Shown: piece by piece, positions 56,831-64,000 of the stretch | How the letters are laid out: each line of letters starts with the position of its first letter | Numbering within the stretch: the first letter of the stretch is position 1 | Assembly: GCA_031552235.1 (NCBI GenBank) | Contig: JAVBMR010000002.1 | Coordinates: forward strand, 200,915-264,914 | Length of the DNA stretch: 64,000 bases | Source of the DNA: Tidjanibacter sp. | GTDB lineage: Bacteria > Bacteroidota > Bacteroidia > Bacteroidales > Rikenellaceae | Reading direction: 5' to 3' | The notes under the pieces: generated by a model | Databases searched by the model: none | Told to the model about the DNA's origin: nothing | What the model saw: the letters and a program-made list of their open reading frames with translations, nothing else | Program-made: the position numbers and the translations under genes

Positions 56831-58498
56831 ATGATGAGAAAACTGAAATACGCGCTGTTGGGCGCTGCCGCCCTTGCCGGCGTGCTTATCGTGACCGGGG
56901 CGGCGAAGGACGAGTTCGCATTCGGGAAAGACATGGAGATACTTGTGAATATCTTCCGTGATATCAATCTGTACTATGTGGACGAAACCGATCCCGACAA
57001 GTTGCTGCAGGATGCCGCGAACGGCATGACATCGCAGCTCGATCCCTATACGGAGTATATGGCGGCCAAGGAGATGGAAGATTTCACGGTGATAACATCG
57101 GGGAAATACGGTGGCATCGGCGCCGTGATACGCAAAAAGGGCGATTATGTGCTGATAGCCGAGCCGTATGAAGGCTCGCCCGCCGACAAGGCCGGGCTTC
57201 AGGCCGGGGATAAGATACTGGCCATCAACGGCGAGGATGCAAAAGGCTTCACGACCGAGAACGTGAGTTCGAAACTCAAGGGCGATCCGGGTACTAACGT
57301 GAAGCTCAAAGTCGAAAAGTTTTATACTGGCCAGGAAGAGCAGATCACGATACGCCGCGAACGTATCTCGATGCAGCCTGTGCCCTATTACGGGTTCATC
57401 GCCGACGGCATAGGGTATATCCGCCACACCGATTTCAGCGAAGATTGTAGCCGTGACATGCTCTACGCCCTGATGGAACTGAAGAAGGACGGCAAGCTAA
57501 AGGGGCTGGTGCTGGATTACCGCCATAATGGCGGCGGCATCATGGACGAGGCTGTGAAGGTGCTGTCGATGTTCGTGCCGCGCGGCACGGAGGTGGTCAG
57601 CATGAAGGGCCGCACCCCGGAAATGACCAAAGCGTACAGAACCGAAAATTCGCCGGTCGACCTGGAACTGCCCATCGCGGTGCTGGTAAGCAGCGGATCG
57701 GCGTCCGCGGCCGAGATAGTCGCCGGGGCTGTGCAAGACCTCGACCGCGGCGTGCTTATAGGCCAGCGCACGTTTGGCAAGGGCCTCGTGCAGACTACCA
57801 GGCCTGTGGGCTACAACTCTTACCTCAAGGTAACGATGGCCAAATATTACATCCCCAGCGGACGGTGCATCCAGGCTGTAGATTATGCTCACAGGGCCGA
57901 GGACGGAAGCGTGCGCAGCGTACCAGATTCGCTTATAAAAGAATTCTCGACGGCCGCCGGCCGCAAGGTTTACGACGGGGGCGGGGTCATGCCCGACATA
58001 AAGGTCCCGGCCGATTACCTCAGCACTTTTACCATCCTTGCCTATGCCAAGGGCTATATCGAGGAATACGTGGACACGTACCTGCACGCCAACCAGGCAA
58101 AGGTCGATCCGGAAACTTTCTCGCTCGGCGATACGGCCTACGCCCAGTTCAAGGAGTCGATGAAGGATAAGGATATGGGCTATGAATCGGAAACCCTGAA
58201 GACGCTTAAGACCCTGAAGGAGAAGGCCGAGCAGGAATTGTATTACGATAAGATAAAAGATGCCGTTTCGCAGATGGAAGCCGACCTGAAGGATGACAAG
58301 GAGCGCGATCTTGACCTCTATAAACCACAGCTTGTCAAGTTGATAGAAGACGATATAGTGCTGCGGCAGCATTATAAGAAAGGCATGATCCGGCGTGATA
58401 TCGCGAACGACAGGGAAGTGAAGGAGGCGATAGCGCTCCTTTCCGACACGGCGCGCTACCGCACCATCGTAACTTCGCAGGATACGCAGCGCAAATAA
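56831..58498 (+). CDS. S41-family carboxy-terminal processing peptidase
   Basis: Signal peptide, a PDZ domain (GSPADKAGLQAGDKILAING) and an S41 core (VLVSSGSASAAEIVAGAVQD...GKG). Confidence 0.85.
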   Translation: MMRKLKYALLGAAALAGVLIVTGAAKDEFAFGKDMEILVNIFRDINLYYVDETDPDKLLQDAANGMTSQLDPYTEYMAAKEMEDFTVITSGKYGGIGAVIRKKGDYVLIAEPYEGSPADKAGLQAGDKILAINGEDAKGFTTENVSSKLKGDPGTNVKLKVEKFYTGQEEQITIRRERISMQPVPYYGFIADGIGYIRHTDFSEDCSRDMLYALMELKKDGKLKGLVLDYRHNGGGIMDEAVKVLSMFVPRGTEVVSMKGRTPEMTKAYRTENSPVDLELPIAVLVSSGSASAAEIVAGAVQDLDRGVLIGQRTFGKGLVQTTRPVGYNSYLKVTMAKYYIPSGRCIQAVDYAHRAEDGSVRSVPDSLIKEFSTAAGRKVYDGGGVMPDIKVPADYLSTFTILAYAKGYIEEYVDTYLHANQAKVDPETFSLGDTAYAQFKESMKDKDMGYESETLKTLKTLKEKAEQELYYDKIKDAVSQMEADLKDDKERDLDLYKPQLVKLIEDDIVLRQHYKKGMIRRDIANDREVKEAIALLSDTARYRTIVTSQDTQRK

Positions 58499-58507
58499 TC
58501 CGGGCAG

Positions 58508-59713
58508 ATGGCTTCGTTCAGCGAAAAGCACGAAAAGATGTGGTACAAGGCCATCGCGAGGGGGTTCTCCAGAATGTCCTTCGGTCGCCGCGTTGTCATC
58601 ATAATCGTCGGGCTTGTGATCGGCATGGGTTCGCTGCTGCTGACGAACGGCATGGCCAACCAGCTCAGGATCAAGGAGCAGAACGAGGTGGAGTTGTGGA
58701 AATTGGCTCTCGAACGTACATTCGACATGAGCAACGACCCGATATGGCAGTTCGTAAGCGAGAACAACAACAGCATCCCTTTCCTGATAATAGAATACTG
58801 GGGGAGCGAAGCGCGGGCGGCCGGCTCGAAGCTCGTGCCTGCCAAAGTGCTGAACGATCCGCGTTTGCTCGACAGGGAGATCAAAAAAATGCAGTCGGTC
58901 AACGAACCGCTGGAGGTCAAGTTCTTTGACGGCCGCACGCTTTATATATATTACGGGGAATCACGGCTGCTGAAGATGCTCGTGTGGTTTCCGGTGGCGC
59001 AGATACTCGTGATAATCATATTCATAACGTTCGGGTTCATAACATTCAGTTCGACGAAGCAGAACGAGCAGAACCGGGTGTGGATAGGGCTGGCCAAGGA
59101 AACCGCCCACCAACTGGGGACGCCGACTTCCTCGCTGCTTGGCTGGATCGAATACCTCAAGAGCCAGCCGATAGACCAAAGCGCCGTGGAGGAAATGGGC
59201 AAAGACCTCACGAGGTTGATGAAAGTGGCAGACCGTTTCTCGAAAATAGGCTCGGAAACAGTCCTCTCGCCTGCGAATATAAACGAACTGGTGGGCGACA
59301 GCGTGCTTTATTTCCGCTCGCGCATACCGCGCAACGTCACGATATCGTATAACGGGCTGGCGATCTCGCCCGTGCAGTCGATGGTAAACCCTGCGCTTTT
59401 CGAATGGGTAGTCGAGAACCTGCTAAAGAACGCACTCGACGCGTTGCAGGGTACAGGGGCTATAAATGTGAAGATATCGTCGGACAACGACAACGTTTAT
59501 GTTGACGTTTCGGATACCGGTAAGGGGATAGCCAAGGCGAATTTCAAAAGGATATTCGAGCCGGGATACACGACGAAAACCCGCGGTTGGGGACTCGGCC
59601 TGTCGCTCAGCAAGAGGATAATCGAAAGCTATCATCACGGGAAGATAGCCGTGCTGGAGTCGGAAACAGGCAAGGGGACTACAATGCGTATCTCCCTGAA
59701 ACGCAGTTATTAG
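58508..59713 (+). CDS. sensor histidine kinase (no adjacent response regulator)
   Basis: Two TM segments, H-box ETAHQLGTPTSSL, N-box ENLLKNALDA, and G-boxes DTGKGI and GWGLGLS. Confidence 0.8.
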   Translation: MASFSEKHEKMWYKAIARGFSRMSFGRRVVIIIVGLVIGMGSLLLTNGMANQLRIKEQNEVELWKLALERTFDMSNDPIWQFVSENNNSIPFLIIEYWGSEARAAGSKLVPAKVLNDPRLLDREIKKMQSVNEPLEVKFFDGRTLYIYYGESRLLKMLVWFPVAQILVIIIFITFGFITFSSTKQNEQNRVWIGLAKETAHQLGTPTSSLLGWIEYLKSQPIDQSAVEEMGKDLTRLMKVADRFSKIGSETVLSPANINELVGDSVLYFRSRIPRNVTISYNGLAISPVQSMVNPALFEWVVENLLKNALDALQGTGAINVKISSDNDNVYVDVSDTGKGIAKANFKRIFEPGYTTKTRGWGLGLSLSKRIIESYHHGKIAVLESETGKGTTMRISLKRSY

Positions 59714-59716
59714 GTA

Positions 59717-60643
59717 ATGGTTACGCGGTCGCTGGCAGAACAGGCAATGGGGATGTACGGGTTATGCCCCGTGCCGGATGCGGCAGGCGGTTTCACGATG
59801 GTGCCGCCGTTGGCCGACAGCATTGCGGTGCAGTCCGACAGCCTGTGGCTGTCGCCGCTGGCCCCTGTGGCGCCTGCCGACACGCTGGCGGTGACGGCGG
59901 AAAGAATGTTCGGGGCGGCATCCTATATGCCTGCGCCGCGGTTGGAGGCCGCGTTGCCGGACCTTGCCGGGCATTTCCTGACCGACGGACTTATCTTCAA
60001 ATTGGCTGTTCTGCTGTGCTTCGCCGGATACTGCATAACGCTCTATTTATACCGCCAGCAGGCCTATACCCTGCTGGGCGTTTTCAGGAGCAAGCTATAT
60101 GTGGACAACCTGTTGGACGAACGCAACTATACGTTCGACAATTTCCTCAATTCCGTCGTATCGCTCGGGGTGCTTACTTTGAGCCTTTCGGTGGTCAAGG
60201 CGGCAGATATGCTGGCCGGGGCCGACATGGCCGCTACGCTTCCCGGTTGGGCGGTCTTTGCCCTCGCGCCTGTCGTGTGGGTGCTTCTGGGGCTGATATT
60301 CCTCTTCCAGACAGTGGTGCTGAAAACCGCCGGCGCACTGACTTTCAGCCAGAGATTCGTGTCGCGCCTGCGTTATCTCCGCAAACTGGTTTTCTCGGTG
60401 TCCGCGGTATTGCTCGTGCCCTTGCTGCTCATGTTCTCCATGGCCAAAGAGGGCGGTGCGCTGACCATATCCGTCATAGCCGTTGCGGGGGCAGCGGTAG
60501 TGGCGCTGTTTTTCCTCGCACGCAGCTATATGCTCTTTGTTGACGAAAAAATTTCAAAATTGTATTGGTTTTTATACCTTTGCGCCGTTGAAATTTTTCC
60601 TGTTACTCTTTTGCTGCTTCTGGTGCGGAAGCTGCTATCCTGA
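59717..60643 (+). CDS. DUF4271-like polytopic membrane protein
   Basis: 308 aa with multiple TM segments. Its position directly upstream of a hemD-like gene matches what I recall for other Bacteroidota. Confidence 0.55.
   Translation: MVTRSLAEQAMGMYGLCPVPDAAGGFTMVPPLADSIAVQSDSLWLSPLAPVAPADTLAVTAERMFGAASYMPAPRLEAALPDLAGHFLTDGLIFKLAVLLCFAGYCITLYLYRQQAYTLLGVFRSKLYVDNLLDERNYTFDNFLNSVVSLGVLTLSLSVVKAADMLAGADMAATLPGWAVFALAPVVWVLLGLIFLFQTVVLKTAGALTFSQRFVSRLRYLRKLVFSVSAVLLVPLLLMFSMAKEGGALTISVIAVAGAAVVALFFLARSYMLFVDEKISKLYWFLYLCAVEIFPVTLLLLLVRKLLS
60574..60581 (+). promoter_or_regulatory. -7 box TACCTTTG inside the 3' end of the DUF4271 gene, upstream of the hemD-like gene
   Basis: TTTTTATACCTTTG has the same extended context as the rnpB and dnaB boxes. 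It lies 77 nt before the ATG at 60658. Confidence 0.35.
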
Positions 60644-60657
60644 AACGGGAAATTAAA

Positions 60658-61614
60658 ATGTTTAAAATTTTGAAAATAAAGAACATTTTAGTGTCTCAGC
60701 CGGCTCCCGCGGTGGCGGAGAAATCTCCTTACTACGAGATAGTTAAGAAATACGGAACCGATGTGGAATACAGGTCCTTCATCAGGGTCGAAGGCGTCAG
60801 CCTCAAGGAATTCCGCAGCCAGAAGATCGAGATACTCAAACACTCGGCCGTGATTTTTACCAGCCGCACCACCGTAGACCATTTTTTCAGGATATGCGAG
60901 GAGTCGCGCACGAATGTGCCGGAAACCATGAAGTATATATGCAACACCGAAGCGGTGGCGCTCTACCTCCAGAAATACATAGTTTACCGCAAACGCAAGA
61001 TATCGTTCGCCGACGGCTCTTTCACCAATTTCATGGAACTCATCATGAAATACAAGGACGAGAAGATGCTGCTGGTACTCTCGGAACCCTATAAGCCCGA
61101 GATCGCTGAAACGATGCAGAAACTCAAGCTCGATTTCAACAAGGCGATCCTTTCGCGGACTGTCAGCGCCGACCTCGGCGATGTGGACCGCACGAAATAC
61201 GACCTTTTCGCGTTTTTCAGCCCTTCGGAAATAGCGTCGCTGGTCGCCAATTTCGGCACTGAGAATCTGCCGATGATCGCCACTTTCGGCGACGGAACCA
61301 CGCGCGCGGCCATAAACGCGGGCCTGACTGTCCGCGCGAAAGCCCCGACCCCCGAGGCCCCGTCGATGGCCAAAGCGATCGAGATATTTATCGAGAAAAT
61401 AAATTCGGGCAAAGACGTCGCCCCCGTTGAACCGGAAGAGAACAGGCAGGCCGACGAATTCCTCAAGGCGCAGGACGCCAAGCCTGCGAAAAAGAAACCG
61501 CGCCCATGCGCCAACGGCTGCGCAGCCAAACCGACGGGTAAAACAGGCGGAGCGGCGGTCAAACCGCAAACCAAGACAGGCGCACTCGCCTCCCCGGCAA
61601 AGGCTAAAGCCTAA
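60658..61614 (+). CDS. uroporphyrinogen-III synthase (HemD)-family protein with Lys/Ala/Pro-rich C-terminal tail
   Basis: ILVSQPAP...SPYYEI...SFIRVEGVSLKEFR...AVIFTSRTTVDHFF is the HemD-like fold pattern. The last ~70 aa are a KPAKKKP...AKPTGKTGGAAVKPQTKTG...AKAKA low-complexity stretch. Confidence 0.65.
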   Translation: MFKILKIKNILVSQPAPAVAEKSPYYEIVKKYGTDVEYRSFIRVEGVSLKEFRSQKIEILKHSAVIFTSRTTVDHFFRICEESRTNVPETMKYICNTEAVALYLQKYIVYRKRKISFADGSFTNFMELIMKYKDEKMLLVLSEPYKPEIAETMQKLKLDFNKAILSRTVSADLGDVDRTKYDLFAFFSPSEIASLVANFGTENLPMIATFGDGTTRAAINAGLTVRAKAPTPEAPSMAKAIEIFIEKINSGKDVAPVEPEENRQADEFLKAQDAKPAKKKPRPCANGCAAKPTGKTGGAAVKPQTKTGALASPAKAKA

Positions 61615-61812
61615 ATATCGACGGAGCAGGCGGCGTAGGTAGCGACTGACATGACAGCCTTCCAACGTGGACAGGCGGCCGAACAGAATGACCGGGTTGC
61701 CTGTCAAATAGAGGGGTGGCGAGCATGGCGACTGGGCCGTTTTTGGTGTACTCCCGACCGATTTACTCCCCGGACAACCTTTTTCCGGATAACCCCATAC
61801 AGACATAACGCT

Positions 61813-62223
61813 GTGGACAACAACAAACTGCCAAAACGAGAACGGCTTTCGGGGCGCAACCGCATCGGAACGCTTTTTTCCGACGGCAGCGACGCCTTCG
61901 TTTATCCTTTCAAATGCCTCTTCCGCATATCGGACGCGGCGGCGGGAGGCGACGGCGTTGAGGATGGCGCTCAAAGTGGCGGCGTGAGCGTGTTGGTGTC
62001 CGTTCCCAAGAAGAATCACAAAAGGGCCGTCAGGCGCAATAAGATCAGGCGCCGTACCCGCGAGGCGTTCCGCCTCGGCAAAGGCGGGCTGTCGGACAAG
62101 GCCCGGAACGCCGGAAAACAGATCGACCTCGCGTTGATATACGTTTCTAAAGAGGTCGAAGAATATAAGACTATCGAAAATGCGGTCGGGAAACTCCTCG
62201 CGAAAATCGCAGAGAATATTTAG
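61813..62223 (+). CDS. rnpA: ribonuclease P protein component
   Basis: [17 protein letters not shown]...[27 protein letters not shown] propose an in-frame GTG start at 61813. The track ORF from the ATG at 61651 adds 54 residues with no RnpA-like features. Confidence 0.7.
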   Translation: MDNNKLPKRERLSGRNRIGTLFSDGSDAFVYPFKCLFRISDAAAGGDGVEDGAQSGGVSVLVSVPKKNHKRAVRRNKIRRRTREAFRLGKGGLSDKARNAGKQIDLALIYVSKEVEEYKTIENAVGKLLAKIAENI

Positions 62224-62440
62224 GGCTGTCGCAACCTTCCCTTTTGTAGTGCTGATACGCATCTATCAGTACTGCATATCCCCGTTCGTGCCGAAGGTCT
62301 GCCGCTATGAACCGTCGTGTTCGGTGTATGCCGTCGAGGCGCTGCGCAAGCACGGACTCTTCAAGGGGGGCTGGCTCGCGATAAGGCGCATCCTCTCGTG
62401 CAACCCGTGGGGAGGCAGCGGATACGACCCGGTGCCATAA
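62180..62440 (+). CDS. yidD: membrane protein insertion efficiency factor
   Basis: [61 protein letters not shown]. It overlaps the rnpA 3' end. Confidence 0.85.
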   Translation: MRSGNSSRKSQRIFRAVATFPFVVLIRIYQYCISPFVPKVCRYEPSCSVYAVEALRKHGLFKGGWLAIRRILSCNPWGGSGYDPVP

Positions 62441-62460
62441 AAACGGAACTATCTCATTTA

Positions 62461-62774
62461 GGCTTATTCCATTCTTTTCAGTCCGACGCCAGCGGAGGAT
62501 ATATTTAGCCGCAGGCAAAGTGCCTTCCGGCACACGGGTCATTACCATGACACGGAATCAGGCACCGTCCGTTAGTGCAAAGCCGGAGGTTGGAGAAGCC
62601 TCCTGCCTAAAGTAAAGAGCGTGAATGCTAACTCGTACCAAAATGTTACAGTGGAAATAGCATCGACGCTCTACCGGGGTCGCCGTAGCGACCAGCCCTC
62701 CGCGCCGGGTGGCGTTGGGCTGACGGCTTGCAAAGCAAGCCGGAACTAATAACAACAAGCCTAAGGAGGATAGC
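62461..62774. repeat. ~310-bp composite GC-rich repeat region with family A-like ends and core
   Basis: The left end GGCTTATTCCATTCTTTTCAGTCCGAC and right end CAAGCCTAAGGAGGATAGC resemble the family A termini. It contains the core CAGCCCTCCGCGCCGGGTGGCGTTGGGCTGACGGCTTGCAAAGCAAGCCG (62693-62742). Confidence 0.45.
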
Positions 62775-62858
62775 TTCGTGAAGAAATATTCTTATCCGCA
62801 ATATTACCCCTGCGAGAGATTAATAATGACTTGATTCAAAGGTTAGGGACATTATTGT

Positions 62859-63407
62859 TTACATGCCGGTCGCCGGTGCTTTGGTTGCCGGTGTGTCGGC
62901 TGCGGAACTTTTGTGCGGAGAGTTGAGGTACTGTGGCGATGCGATGTCTTTCCCGCTTTTCCCCAATTCCGACAGCGGGATCTCTTCCTGCACGACGAAC
63001 GGTTTCGACGGGAACAGTTTTTCGGCTTTTGCTTTGAGTATGGTGGCCTCGTCCGTGGTCAGGCAGTTGCCTGCGAGGACCTTCCAGTACGATGTCTTGT
63101 CGTAGATGACATACGTGGGGACATCGGGGTAGTTTTGCTTGAATGTGGCTTCGGCTTCGAAGGCCGTCGCCCTTGCCGACTGGCTTTTCTCCATGAAGAG
63201 GCAAACCCTGTGCCCTTTGACGGTCTGTGCGGCCGCGGGCATATCGAGCCTGCCGACAATGGCTTTCGCCATCCCTTTCTCGTCCACTGACGAGGTTGCG
63301 CCGTATACGGAATCGGGCTTCGCGAGGTTGTAGGTTACGGAGCGTGTCCCCTGGGCGCAAAGCCACATGGGGAGGAACATCGTCGCTATCAGTATGTTGT
63401 ACCTCAT
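62859..63407 (-). CDS. SPOR-domain-like secreted protein
   Basis: A signal peptide, and a C-terminal half (GHRVCLFMEKSQSARATAFEAEATFKQNYPDVPTYVIYDKTSYWKVLAGNCLTTDEA) that follows the SPOR repeat pattern. Confidence 0.55.
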   Translation of the reverse strand: MRYNILIATMFLPMWLCAQGTRSVTYNLAKPDSVYGATSSVDEKGMAKAIVGRLDMPAAAQTVKGHRVCLFMEKSQSARATAFEAEATFKQNYPDVPTYVIYDKTSYWKVLAGNCLTTDEATILKAKAEKLFPSKPFVVQEEIPLSELGKSGKDIASPQYLNSPHKSSAADTPATKAPATGM

Positions 63408-63898
63408 TTTATTTCCAGCATTTTTTGTACCGACCGCTCGTCCAGTCCTATTTCTTTGAGGAATTCCGTAAGCGGCTTGTCCGCAAAGTTAAACTTTTTG
63501 CGCAACATTCCGCTTTTGACCGTTACTTCTCCCGTTACGGTCAGCGCTTCTGGCTGCTGAGTCAGCTTACGGAACGAGGCGAGCAGCTGCAGTTGGTTCA
63601 GCGACACATTGAGCGGTATGCTCACGACCTCCGAGGTGTGTCTGCGGATAGTGACGTCCTCGGCGTTTATCCTGGCCAGGGTCTTGCGGCCGTCGTTGAT
63701 GACCAGGCTGCCGCCGTTGAGGCAGATATTTTTGCGCGAGCCGTTGTCGATGTCGAAAAACAGCGTGACGTCCGAGGCGCCTCCGGTTTCGATCCCCGTG
63801 AACCCGTTGACCCTGACCTGCTCGACGATCTTGTTCGGGTTGGCGCACGAAGCAAGGCATGCGGCTGCCAGCAGTAATCCTAAAATGTATTTTTTCAT
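63404..63898 (-). CDS. hypothetical lipoprotein
   Basis: MKKYILGLLLAAACLASCANPN lipobox. Both junctions with neighbouring genes are ATGA overlaps. Confidence 0.5.
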   Translation of the reverse strand: MKKYILGLLLAAACLASCANPNKIVEQVRVNGFTGIETGGASDVTLFFDIDNGSRKNICLNGGSLVINDGRKTLARINAEDVTIRRHTSEVVSIPLNVSLNQLQLLASFRKLTQQPEALTVTGEVTVKSGMLRKKFNFADKPLTEFLKEIGLDERSVQKMLEIK

Positions 63899-64000
63899 CT
63901 TTTTTCTCCTTTATATATTCGCGCGATCCCGAAGAACAGCGCTTTGGATTTCACATTTGCGTAGCCGCACTCCCACATCAATTCGGTGAACGTTTCCCAG
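63895..64000 (-). CDS. 3' end of an unidentified CDS entering from beyond the window
   Basis: An open frame reads ...WETFTELMWECGYANVKSKALFFGIARIYKGEKR-stop. Its TGA overlaps the next ATG. The product is not identifiable from 34 codons. Confidence 0.3.
   Translation of the reverse strand, partial: WETFTELMWECGYANVKSKALFFGIARIYKGEKR

Noticed and set aside
62441-62858. Possible tmRNA, SRP RNA or 6S RNA in the long spacer after yidD.
   Set aside because: On neither strand is there a tRNA-like acceptor or T-arm (GGTTCGA.TCC...CCA), an ANDENYALAA-type tag reading frame, or an SRP GGAA/AGCA domain IV motif. The segment instead shares its core with the intergenic repeat family.

Overview
This 64-kb window looks like core chromosome from a high-GC Bacteroidota (Bacteroidales-like) genome. 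That assignment is an inference from three things: TAnnTTTG -7 promoter boxes 20-35 nt upstream of many start codons, no Shine-Dalgarno sequences, and lineage-typical genes (BioG/DUF452, DUF4290, DUF4271). About 56 CDS are packed on both strands. They include pdxA, dnaX, lon and valS; an arginine operon (GNAT-argG-argC-argD-argB) bracketed by two paralogous GT2 glycosyltransferases; sodB and relA/spoT; a tightly coupled futalosine-menaquinone plus biotin gene string (ybaN-mqnB fusion, mqnD, bioF, bioG, bioC); and queA, ygiQ, dnaB, comM, queG, an acyl-CoA ligase, a sigma-54 activator, murA and ruvB. Further on are an exported isomerase / Gfo-Idh-MocA / DUF1080 trio, folC, lnt, cmk, ispH, an S41 protease, a histidine kinase, a hemD-like gene, rnpA and yidD. 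One RNase P RNA gene is present. I found no rRNA, tRNA, CRISPR array, transposase, prophage, toxin-antitoxin pair or recognisable defence island, and no convincing novel multi-gene protein system. The unusual content is mostly non-coding. Almost every intergenic spacer longer than about 100 bp is filled with GC-rich, hairpin-dense repeats that fall into at least five families. One copy is a clear MITE, with perfect 18-bp terminal inverted repeats and a 9-bp target-site duplication that includes the folC stop codon. Two families show compensatory stem changes between copies. Other points worth a second look: an A10 run with immediate out-of-frame stops at the tau/gamma boundary of dnaX; a roughly 120-nt expanded P12 arm in RNase P RNA; a YbaN(DUF454)-MqnB fusion ORF; and a sigma-54 activator with a Glu at the phospho-acceptor position, a GAFTSA loop and no DNA-binding domain. 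Many long ORFs antisense to real genes are GC3 artefacts and were rejected.
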